64,000 bases of DNA from positions 1,924,001 to 1,988,000 of the forward strand of contig CM097885.1 of the NCBI GenBank assembly GCA_044892525.1, read 5' to 3'. A program made the position numbers and the translations under genes. The stretch's first letter is position 1; each line of letters opens with the position of its first letter. The DNA is from Schmidtea polychroa (taxonomy: Eukaryota). Below are positions 1 to 11,099 of the stretch, piece by piece. The notes under the pieces were generated by a model, which was given only the letters and a program-made list of their open reading frames with translations, had not been told where the DNA came from and searched no databases.

Positions 1-235
1 TATTCAATCTCAGTTCAGTGATCACAAGGGTATACCAATCCGGTCAAAGGTTCATCAGAGTTAGCTAGATGACAGCCATTCGGAATGCCATAGCACCAGC
101 GGTCGGTGCAACAACACAAATCAGTGTAAACAAATAATATTGACACAATAAGCATTATTTATGTAAATACACAAAAACATATAACAGCAATCTCGGCCAC
201 CTTGCTAATGATGACTCCCCTCCATCTATATCCAC

Positions 236-819
<584 letters not shown>

Positions 820-1012
820 AATAATAAGTAATATTGGCATCCAAATGGGCAAAGTACCCCTCAAACCCTTGCAATTAATTACACCTGCAGGGGAAAATGC
901 TGGATATATTAATCCAGGTCCAATCAATAGAAAAGTGCTTATTTGATGATAAACTACATTAATAATGTTGAAATAGAAATTTCAGTCGATGGATGTTGCA
1001 GGTAAAAGGTGC

Positions 1013-1060
1013 CCTCCCCACCGCTCCCCACCGCTCCCCACCGCTCCCCACCGCTCCCCA
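1013..1060 (-). repeat. 10-bp G-rich tandem repeat (GGGGAGCGGT) x4-5
   Basis: ccgctcccca repeated on the + strand at 1021-1060, with a partial unit before it. Confidence 0.9.
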
Positions 1061-1069
1061 GCTGTGACA

Positions 1070-1442
1070 TTTCCTGGACATTGCAACATTGGATAAATCA
1101 CAACAAACAATTAAGAGATAAAGATAACAAAGATAGAAACTTACCAAAATAATTGATATAGAATGATTCAGGTGCCTTCAATAACCTCTTCTTGTATGCG
1201 ATCTTGATAGATTGAATGTATAAATCTTGCGCACCAATCAGTAAGCAATAGGGCTTGAGATAACCTAGCAATTGGCAGTTCTCAATAACCTCCTTCAGGT
1301 TAAGATTCCAATAAAAGCAGCTGTTGGCAGCAATGAAGCGCTTGAATAGATCTTCACCAGTGATTGAACGGGAAATATTGGATTTGCGCTTGAAGGAAAT
1401 CGAGAGGCATTGAGGCAAAATGTCAAGTTTCCTTCTCTCCAT
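1070..1442 (-). pseudogene. Storkhead-box (STOX1/STOX2/knockout-like) gene 5' part: exon 1 1442-1145, apparent exon-2 remnant 1101-~1070; probably damaged
   Basis: LPQCLSISFKR..GEDLFKRFIAANSCFYWNLNL..LLGYLKPYCLLIG..IQSIKIAYKKRLLKAPESFYINYFG resembles the STOX1 N-terminus as I recall it (..[58 protein letters not shown]). A GTAAGT donor starts at 1144. GT-GAT-TTA-TCC-AAT-GTT-GCA-ATG (G-DLSNVAM, cf. GDVFPVQM) resumes at 1101, but no AG precedes it. Confidence 0.7.
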
Positions 1443-1889
1443 ACCAGCAGCAACCAACTCAATTGTTTACATTTCCACTCTTTCTCTAGCTTTCAATTAC
1501 GCGCTATCGGCATTAATTATTATTAGCAAATTTCAATTAATTGAATCAATTTTGCAATTTATTTACACTCAATTGGTTCATTTAAACAATTATCAATAAA
1601 TTATGAAATTAATGCTAATTTATGGCAAATCGACAGCAATTTATAATTTTAATAATAAATTCATTTTTATCAATTATTTATTAATATTATAGGAACTTTT
1701 GCAATTTTATTTGCCATTGCCATTATATTTATTAAATTTATTATTAATTTATTAACTTGAAACCAAATTAGAATTTATTATTTTTATCATAGAATAAATG
1801 GCAAAAATTATTTCTCAGCTGGCATTGATAAGAAATGCCTCAATTTCGCCAATAATATTATAAAGAAAATATATTATTATCCTGTTGGT

Positions 1890-4800
1890 TACCTAGGGGA
1901 AGAAGAGAAATATACACACGCTCAGGTAGAGTGCCCTTATGTGTAGCCGTGGTGATGTAACACGTTGGTATTGTACATGTAGGTCGGAATCTACCAGCAG
2001 GTGAGCTCCCATGGTAGAACTACTCCCGGTAGAATTCACAGTTCGGGTCCAAGATTGCCGTAGAAGGGCTTACCTCAATCATTTACACAAACCGACGTCC
2101 TGGTCCAAGGGACGTCTTTCTATAACTAAACTTCTCGATCATATCAACTCCTATGAACTCCAAACACAAATTCAGTATAATCAATCACAACTTGATAAAT
2201 TCAACGTCAATAAATTTTATTGGGTGACATCAAAATATACAATAGATCACAAGTGAGTAAATCATCAAGTAAAAACTGACAGCGTGCATTCATACATTTC
2301 ATTTGGAAATGAGAATCTTTGAACAGGGATTGATTTCATGTGACTTGGATAATAACGCATCAGATCATTTCGCCATCGGCTAACAGGGCGTCGATGTCCA
2401 CCTGTAGCCGGGCATCTTTTCTGATCTGAGATATCTCGGCAGAAATTATTCGGAAGTCCTCTCTCGGGGCGGATACTTTGGTCCTTGGGACTTGCTCCTT
2501 GGCAGACTGAGAAGCGAACAGGGATGCTTCGGGAGCAGCAGTAGCTTCTGGTTTTTCTCGGCCCGCGATGGGCGTTTTCGCTTCTTGATAGATGAGACGG
2601 GATGGTTAGCATTAAAAACAGGCATTGATGTAACAGTAGCTCCTGTAGGTTCCGTAGACGTGTTATTTACCATGGAGGACCCTGATAGAATTGGATCTAT
2701 TAAAGGTGGGAACTGGTTTCCGTGTCCGCCACAACTGGACTTTAATAACTGTGGTTCAACTTCTTGATGATGTACAAGGAATACGTTAGTCCATCTTTTA
2801 TTGGGTATTCCCGAACTCCCGCTGAATTTCCGCCTCTGAGTATACTTTATGTAGAGCCTCAGACTGGGCTTTTATTGTCAAACGTTGACATCGGCTTTTT
2901 TCTAGGAGGCTGTCTCGACAGTGCTCCAGCCGTAATATCTTAGTCTTCTCCTCCTTCATTTGGGAAGGGGAGAACCAGGTGCATTCATTGTGTTCGATCC
3001 GTTTTTTCAATGCTCCATTGTACTATTGAAGTTTCTTTATGTCAGCGCAGGAGTAGCATGGTTGAGGACCATTCGGTGGCAGATTTGGCTCGCACATTCT
3101 AAAGATGAAGTTTTTAAGAGAATTTATTGTAGTATTGTAACGCAACTAGTCGCCGAAGAGTTGGGGATGTTTATCATTTACGCCTTCCCTTCCATCATCC
3201 TACATTATTACCCACAACATTTATTGTATTTTTGGTCGTTAAAACCTTATTCTGCGGGCAAAGATTTGATCAATGTGAATATTTTTAATTAAATTTTTCG
3301 TCATCATTTCACTTTATTTGAAGGTTACGTGTGAAAATCAAGCTTTAGATTATTATTAACAGGGTGTATGGTGGATTTTATTGTGAAAGTTCGAAAATAT
3401 CAGATAGGGATAGGTAATCGTAGAATTATGTATGAATATCTTTAATCCAAATTATTCGAATTGAAGATTAATCGTTTGAAAATTTCTACTGTTTATCTAA
3501 TGTATAATGTTCACGTCGGTCGTATGATTTTCATTATGTTAATTAACTGACCTCTATAAACTATCTCTCTATACTACTCGAGATTTTATCGCGTCATCGG
3601 TGAATTCGCATTACTTCAGATTAATGTCACTATTTATATTGGCGTGGTATAACTTCCTGTCAACAAATGCGGAACTTTTAGCTAAACCAAGGAATCGATG
3701 AATTAGTTTATTTACGTCATTCTTAGCTTTATTTATGCAGAATCCAACAACCTCATGCGACGAAAATTCTATTCAGCGGATGTTTATTAAGATAAAATCA
3801 ATCGTCGTTGTCAACGAGCGAAAGTCTTTCGAACGGTAAATCGTGATCGCAATGGCTATATCGAAAAATCATAGAACAATAATGGATCTGACATGATGTC
3901 GAATGTTGGCTTTCTACTAGAATTATGCCCTCTTTAAATGTCGAATACGTTTCGATAAAAACTTATGGCCACAGACTTATCAGTACCTGATCTCAAGATA
4001 CCTATTTGATTTAAGACGTGAAGTTAGAAAAATTCTCTACGAACAGATGGATGCTGTATCTAAGTGCCGTCTCGGTGATACTTTCTCAAAAGGAATTCCC
4101 TCGTTTTCCACTGGAATTTTGATATTGGAAAACGAATTCATTGGAATTATGCGAGGTTTAAGATTCACTTGGATGATTATTTTCCCACAAAAGTGACACT
4201 GAACGCTGCTCGATGTGAACAGTTGTAAATTATTAATTCTTCCTACTCGCTCCGGTTTCATAGTTGGTTCCTCTACTTGCCAGGACCCACCTAGACACCA
4301 CCGTTATTGCTACCGACGGTCTCTAGACCGTCCTGATAGACAGATTCGCCAGATTTACATTATCGACATTAATCATAAAATAACATTGCATGAAATATAA
4401 CTATTATGAATTATTTCCTTTAATAATCAAATTCATAAACTGAAATAAATAATTTTTTACCCGGCGACCATGTCCTCTGAAATCCGAGTATGAGACGATA
4501 TAAACAAGGTTCCTTTATTAATCCTTTCGAAGGTAATTTTCCCGATGGTCTATCACAACTATTCTGATCTCGAAATCCATAAGATTCCTTAATTTCGCAT
4601 AAATCTGGAGTCATAATATTTGCAAATTATCATCATAATTCTTGAATCCTGCGATCACATATTGTTCATCATACTCAGGGTTTCCAGGCGACATCGTCAC
4701 CGGTTCCATGAAGTGAAAAGGCATAAGTTCAATTAAAACAAAATAATATTTTGGTTAGAATATATGTACCTTCTAAATATAGTTATCCATTCATAAAATA

Positions 4801-5555
4801 CCAACTAAATCATAAGTAAAATAATCAAATAATTACTTGTAGTCTTAAACGGTTAATATCTCGAAAACTGAATATGTTCCGTACTATGTAAATGCCCTTC
4901 AGTTAATAGTTCGGTGAGTAAATTGTTGATGATATCCCAGAATCCTCGAATGCGTGTTGCTAGTACTAAAATGTGGAATAGTGCTGCAATTTGCGGGTAA
5001 TCGAAATTCTCAATAATTGTAATAATAGGTTCCTTGTGATGTCTCTGTTCGCCTGCTTGAAGTTGAATTGCTGTTCCTAAGTTTCCCTGCGGAATTAATT
5101 TTTAGAAGTTGCTTAACTAACTTAGCGGCCGCCTTATATAGTAATTTTTAACCAATCATAATTAAGTCGGGTTATTTTTTGGTTATTTTTCTTTATTCTT
5201 TATTTTTTATTGTTTTTCTTATGTATTATTTTGTTTTATTTTGTTATTTTATTGTTTTATTAGCTTTCTTGTATCTTTGTGTAATTTCGCCTATTTTTGT
5301 TGGTTTTTGGGTGGGTAACGGCCTATTTTCAGTTTTTCTTTTTCTTTTATTTATTATTTCGTAATTTTATTTATGTTTTCCTATTTTCTTGTTTGGGTTT
5401 TATTTTCATATTCCTCATATTTTCTTATTTTTGTATTCTTATTCTATTTATTACTAAATTTAATTCTTTTATTTACTTTTTCTTTCCTGTTTTTTCTTCC
5501 TCCATTCAGTTCTCAGCCATTAACCGCCCAATAGCTATTTTTTCGTTCTATCAAT
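1890..5555 (-). mobile_element. Unclassified decayed repeat/LTR-like segment with a promoter and broken ORFs
   Basis: Higher GC than its flanks; purine-skewed A-rich head (5150-5550 on -); inverted CCAAT followed by TATATAAG at ~5133-5156; interrupted minus-strand ORF pieces (2446-3010, 4420-4710). No recognisable domain. Confidence 0.35.
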
Positions 5556-5589
5556 AACTATCAATAACCTTGATCATAAATCAACTCTT

Positions 5590-5992
5590 TCTAGATCATT
5601 AGAAGTTAGTAATGATGATAAAAATTTCATGATCTATCATACAATGACAGAGCTGTTAATGGGAAAGATTTTAAACGTTGTCTCAAAGAAATCAAAGAGG
5701 TCTGTCAAGCTTCTGGAATTCATACTTCATTTTTATGGTTGACAATGCTCGAATTCATTACTATAGGGGCTTGCATGAGGATGAGGAGATTTCCAATTAT
5801 CAAATTATATATTTCCCACCATACTCCCTTTCTCAATCCTATTTAAAATGTGTTTCTGTTTGGAAGAATGCTGTAGTAAGAAGCGCCACCACAAATGAAT
5901 CACAATTACGAGCTTTCATTACCTCAGATATTTGCGGCGGTTTTTATTGTAAAATGCCCAGATACCTGCAAAAGGCAGAGCTGGACAGATAA
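5590..5992 (+). mobile_element. Tc1/mariner-IS630 (DDE_3) transposase fragment, degenerate
   Basis: FIFMVDNARIHY..YQIIYFPPYS..VSVWKNAV matches the DNAxxH / LPPYSPxLNPIE pattern with a frameshift. Confidence 0.75.
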
Positions 5993-6065
5993 TTCTTGAA
6001 TAATTTATGAGTTGCTTTATTATCTTTGAATTATTAAATTGAGTGCAACATTTATTAAATAGATC

Positions 6066-6166
<101 letters not shown>

Positions 6167-6231
6167 AATCAAAAAAACGTGGCAATGATTTAATAATACA
6201 GAAACGCCAACTCAAAAAAATTCAACATAAA

Positions 6232-6272
6232 CGCGATATATTTCAATTGTACAACAATCTTCGTCAGGCCGC
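6232..6272 (-). ncRNA. Minimal type I hammerhead ribozyme-like motif (stem I damaged)
   Basis: Minus strand reads GCGGC-CUGACGA-A-GAUUGU-UGU-ACAAUU-GAAA-UAUA-UC-GCG: core CUGANGA, 6-bp stem II, GAAA, palindromic stem III, AUC triplet. Only 2 bp of stem I pair. Confidence 0.6.
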
Positions 6273-6782
6273 AATCTGGATAATCAATAATAAGACATAA
6301 AATATGCAATATCTAAACAAATTAACTAATAATAATCATCTCCAAACTGTATCAAAAATTTAAAAAAAAATATTTCAAAAAACCAAACCATATTTTACAT
6401 AGCCCCACATACATATTATTTTAAAATTAAATTTTAATTTAATAACATTTAACATTCAACATAAAATTAACAAATTTAAAAAATTACATAGTTTACAAAA
6501 CACAAACATAATTATACCACAAACACGACTCCCAACCTTCATCCTTCAATTACTTAAACACATTCAATTATAATTTAATTATAATTTTGATTAGTTTTGT
6601 AGATTGATTTTGTGTTTGGTAGAAATTTTGTAGAAATTATTGATTTGGTGGTTTTGTTTTACTGGTGAATTTTTGTTCTGGATTGATGGAATTTTGAATT
6701 GTCGGAAAGTTCTGGAATTGTTCTGGAATTCTTTGGAATTATAATAATCTGTTATTCAAAACCGGACGTCGGCAATAATTAA

Positions 6783-7497
6783 ATGAATCCAGAGTATGAC
6801 TGTTTATTCAAGTTTCTATTAATTGGAGATTCTGGTGTGGGAAAATCTTGTTTATTACTCAGACCTGCAGATGATTCTTATGCTGAAAGTTGCATAAGCA
6901 CAATTGGAGTTGACTTTAACATCAGAACTATTGAATTAGATGGTGGAGCTATGAAATTGCAAATATGGGACACAGCAGGTCAAGAAAGATTTAGAACTAT
7001 AACCTCGTCTTATTACAGAGGAGCTCATGGAATTATTGTTGTGTTTGATGTTACCGATCAAGATTCGTTTAAAAATGTTAAAAATTGGCTTAATGAAATC
7101 GATAGATATACACAAAGAAAAGTTCCAGATAAAATGATTGAGAAGAGTTCAGCCACAAGATTGTTTAATATTACTGAAAGTACTGGAGGTGTTATGACTG
7201 GTATGATCCCTGATTGTCGATCTCAAGTATGTTGTGTACAAGTGGAAGCAGCTCGATTTGAATCTAAAATTGGATATGCGATGCCTTGTGACATAATATG
7301 TCGTTCTATTGCGGATATTAATAAGCTCTATACCCAATCGGCTGAGATGCGACCATTAGGTCTTGATTTCATTCAATTTCGGTCAATGGTGGCATTATCT
7401 TATGATATTGAAATGGACAAACTGTTATTATTCAAAACTGATCCCCGTGGCACTGTGGATGCCAATAAAATTATTAATCTCTTTGTTGGATTTATTC

Positions 7498-7502
<5 letters not shown>
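6783..7502 (+). CDS. Chimeric ORF: Rab1 residues 1-109 fused in frame to the central part of proteasome subunit alpha type-6 (retro-chimera; function doubtful)
   Basis: 6783-7109 [47 protein letters not shown] is Rab1. 7110-7451 [45 protein letters not shown] is PSMA6/alpha1. No introns in the Rab part; the stop codon is the first TAA of the (AAT)n run. Confidence 0.85.

Positions 7503-7563
<61 letters not shown>
7498..7563. repeat. (AAT)n microsatellite closing chimera cassette 1
   Basis: Directly visible. Confidence 0.97.
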
Positions 7564-7564
<1 letters not shown>

Positions 7565-8329
7565 CGATTTGTGTTTATTTAAATTTAATATTGAATTTAG
7601 TGGAAATAAATAAATAATATTTCTAGCGTGAAAATTGATGAAATGAGCATGGACATATCCATTATAGAATTATTGATAACCGCTGCTATGGACAGCACTT
7701 ACCTCTGGCTGTCTGGTGGGGATTCTGGGAGAAATCGAAATGTTCCCCCTTGTCTAAGCTAGACCAATTCTATTAATAATCATTTCCACCGTAAGACCAA
7801 CTGCACAATAATTGCCAGTGAAAATTCTCTTATTATCAATGATTTGATTATAATTTGATAATATTTTCCCTGACCCAGTGGGATATGCTTCATGGGATAA
7901 TAGGGATAAATCCTTTATTAGCGCCTTTCTATGTTATATTGCACATATCCTATCCATATCAGTTCCCTATAAAGGACTGTTTACCACCCCATTACAATAG
8001 TTACCCAACATTTGAAGGTTTGCTTCATTCTCCAGTTCTCATTTATAATTAATACTCAATAATATTTCCCTCCTTTTCAATAATATTATAAACAAATAGG
8101 TAAATATTTGAGTACTGAATGCTACATTGATGGCCTAACCTTCAATGGTCTCACCTTTTGTGTCAAATCTTTCAAACGGTCTTGACTTGGCTTTACCAGG
8201 TCTTCCTACTATGGCACTAATGAAGGCCTATAAAGGTCAAAATGAAAGCTCTAACAATTCTAGAGCTGCCAGAATCTGTCACCGTAATGGTGCTGCTACC
8301 GGGGTCATATGAACTTGCATTTAATGAAA

Positions 8330-8725
8330 GCACAACAAAAGAACTAAAACAAAGGAGTTCTGAATAGATAATATTCAGCTGAATGTTGATGTATATTTCT
8401 GTTTATCTTTATCGCATAGATTTTCATTTGGACAATTATTTATCTTGTCAAAATATTTTAATAAATTTATTTATAGTTTATTTTTAACCAATCAGAGCCA
8501 GACTCAAATTTAACAAATTAAAAAAGCAAATGAAATTTTGAAAATTAAATCGATTTATTCAGATTTAAATTTTATTTTTGAAAAATAGTTTAATTTGTTT
8601 TAATTGGTAAGCCTTTCTGTATTTTAGAGTGACAAAGGCATATTTAGGTGGAAATGTTTCATTTTATGAATAAATACTGCTCATTGCTTAATTATTTACT
8701 GATATTATATTTTATTATTATTATT
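8330..8725 (+). mobile_element. Probable Penelope-like 3' end/pLTR remnant with a degenerate hammerhead at ~8626-8660
   Basis: GTGACAAAGGC..GGAAATGTTTC followed by tttcatt..taaatac..gcttaattat, similar to the tail after the hammerhead at 52030-52110. Ends in an ATT run. Confidence 0.35.
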
Positions 8726-8857
8726 GTTTCGACCAGTTAGAGGGGATTGCCTCTGACTGGCAGTTATTTGGAGTTTGTCTATCGCGTCTGTGTGCGTGGT
8801 CTGGTTAGACCGAATATTGTTGGTGTGCGCACACAGACGCGAGCAATGGAAGCTCGG
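8726..8857. other. Structured GC-rich head of chimera cassette 2: hairpins and a deleted antisense hammerhead
   Basis: Stem 8733-8743/8750-8760 (11 bp, one G-U), flanked by GTTTCGA and CAG. Perfect 15-bp inverted repeat 8782-8796/8828-8842. Small hairpins ggtct-ggtt-agacc and cgagc-aatggaa-gctcg. Confidence 0.7.
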
Positions 8858-9056
8858 TTGGTTTTAAGAGGTAATTGTTAATTGTAAATTTTTATTGATT
8901 GATTTTGGTTTTAAGAGAGGTTTTTAATAGAAATTCTGGATTGTTAATTAGAATTGATTTGTTTAGTTGGATAAAATTCGGTAAATTTTCGAAATTGGAA
9001 TTTTTTTGGAAGAGATTGAATTGTGTTTAAATTGGGATTTTAATTGCCTTGTCAAA

Positions 9057-9611
9057 ATGGCTTCAGGTGTTAAATGTGATCCTTCAGTTGATGTTACCAA
9101 TCAAGATTCGTTCAACAATGTTAAAAATTGGCTTAATGAAATCGATAGATATGAAAAGGGAAAAATTCCCGGTAAATTAATCGTATCGATTGTCACGGAA
9201 CTTTCACAGTTGTTGCCATCATTTTTCATGATTATGCATGGGATCGAGTCTTCTAAATTCACAGATAAGTTCGTCAATAAAAGCAACGATATTGTATTAT
9301 GTATTCGTGAGGAACTAATATTGAATCAGGCTATGTCGGATCTTTCAAATCGATTTGTTTGCAACACGGAAATCAGAAATTATTTAATTGAAGAATTATC
9401 TAACAGAATTTCTCAGTTGTCCGAATTAAAACATCAGGGTGCTTTGGCGTTTATTTCATGGATACCAGAAACAATGAAAATCAATCGTCGTATGATTATG
9501 GCTGCTTTAAAATCTGACGTTGGAATGGACGTGATCCCTGATTGTCGAGCGCAAGTTTATCGTGCACAAATGGAAGCAGCTCGATTAACATCTGAAATTG
9601 GACGTGACTGA
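9057..9611 (+). CDS. Six-segment mosaic ORF (184 aa from ATG 9057): cofilin N-term / Rab1 / PSMA6 / unknown / cofilin / PSMA6
   Basis: MASGVKCDPS (ADF/cofilin start, 9057-9086); [21 protein letters not shown] (Rab1, 9090-9152); KIPGKLI (PSMA6 KVPDKL, ~9153-9182); unknown 9183-9440; LAFISWIPETMKINRRMIMAALKS (cofilin FxxWxP..KMxYAxSK motif, 9441-9521); IPDCRAQVYRAQMEAAR (PSMA6, ~9531-9602). The DNA is visibly similar to 7046-7140 and 7203-7275. Confidence 0.8.
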   Translation: MASGVKCDPSVDVTNQDSFNNVKNWLNEIDRYEKGKIPGKLIVSIVTELSQLLPSFFMIMHGIESSKFTDKFVNKSNDIVLCIREELILNQAMSDLSNRFVCNTEIRNYLIEELSNRISQLSELKHQGALAFISWIPETMKINRRMIMAALKSDVGMDVIPDCRAQVYRAQMEAARLTSEIGRD

Positions 9612-9683
9612 AAATTGGACAAGACATTATCCACTGTCCTCTCAATCAAATAAATTTCTCATGCGTTCTTTTGAGCTGAAACA

Positions 9684-9876
<193 letters not shown>

Positions 9877-9989
9877 TGCTAATGGAGGGGGTAGAAAGTT
9901 ATTGAGAAAAGAGAAAAACAAAAGGTAAATTTCATAATATTTATCTCAGACTGTGCAGCATTACTACCAAGTGCGGGTCCACGAGGGCC

Positions 9990-11099
9990 TCATTCATTAC
10001 TTACAGTGAAAAATGAGACTGAAGAACGATTAACTTGAACTTCTTCATGAACGGTTGATTCAATATTTATCCAATTTTTCTTTTCCCAATAGGATATTTT
10101 TGTGACCCGATAAGCTCGTGTTCGTTCTGAATGCTTAAAGCAGCACATTGTCTCCCTACATCCCTGCCGGAAGCTTTTATGCATTTGGAAATAAAATATA
10201 GGCTTCTGAGTTGAGCTAATGAAGTAAGCTAACGAGATGCCCGGCAGGAAATTGTTCCATTGCGAGAAAATCGTCACGACCAAAACTGTGAACAGGGCCG
10301 ACATGATCAAAATATCGACAAGGGTAATTACCAGTAAAATCTTCAGCACTTGTATTTTTGCTTTCGGAAGGTAATTGAGAGTTCTTCGAATCATGATGCT
10401 GCGGATAGCGGCGGAATTGTGAGAGATTCTCCAAACGAGCAAAACGACTCCGATATAGAAAACAAAGACAATGAAACACGCAACAATATAAAACAGAAAC
10501 ACAAAAATAGCTAAATGAATTTTCAATGTCAGAGAATATGAATAATTTGATAGAGACTGACAGAGGGTTTTAGAAGGGGTTGTCGAATAGGAAATGTAGA
10601 CGACGCAAGGAACGGAGCACAGTACCCCAATCACGATACAGATTGCTACAGAAAATTTGATGTTAGAAAAATTGAACCGCCTATCTATTGGAGAGGCAAG
10701 GGCGTTATATCTATCTATACTGGTGGCCGCCAATGTTGCTTGGTTGCAAGCTATACAAGAAAGAAGGACCATCACCGATCCCCGACAAATAACATCCGAA
10801 GCGAGATCAGACAAACTAAATTCCAAAGCGATCAAACTGCCACCAACAAATAAAAGAAAAACAATTGATTGATAGGACAAAGAAATAATAAAATAATTCG
10901 TGGTTGACTGCATCCTTCTGCTCTGTGTGACCACAATGAGAATGAGGGACTGGATCATAACTCCACTAATGATACATAGGAAATAGATCGGGATCATGAT
11001 CCATGGTTCACTGTTGATTGCTTTCTCAATTGACTGGTTCATCTCTGATGCTAGGTAAACAAATTCAGATGCTAAACTAAAGCAAATATCAATTACCAT
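9990..11099 (-). CDS. GPR19: Rhodopsin-family orphan GPCR, GPR19-like, intronless
   Basis: Seven hydrophobic segments, DRY motif, and GPR19-type motifs SRRMQSTTNYF, RRTLNYLPKAK, SSTQKP (KP in place of NP), FRQGCRETMC, RAYRVT..KKNWI. Confidence 0.85.
   Translation of the reverse strand: MVIDICFSLASEFVYLASEMNQSIEKAINSEPWIMIPIYFLCIISGVMIQSLILIVVTQSRRMQSTTNYFIISLSYQSIVFLLFVGGSLIALEFSLSDLASDVICRGSVMVLLSCIACNQATLAATSIDRYNALASPIDRRFNFSNIKFSVAICIVIGVLCSVPCVVYISYSTTPSKTLCQSLSNYSYSLTLKIHLAIFVFLFYIVACFIVFVFYIGVVLLVWRISHNSAAIRSIMIRRTLNYLPKAKIQVLKILLVITLVDILIMSALFTVLVVTIFSQWNNFLPGISLAYFISSTQKPIFYFQMHKSFRQGCRETMCCFKHSERTRAYRVTKISYWEKKNWINIESTVHEEVQVNRSSVSFFTVSNE

Noticed and set aside
30..70. CUGAUGA on the minus strand (possible hammerhead)
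   Set aside because: No GAAA after the putative stem II and no stem I pairing.
6783..7109. Calling this the functional Rab1 gene with a downstream exon
   Set aside because: No splice donor at the breakpoint, no Rab1 C-terminal exon in the window, and substitutions at invariant residues.
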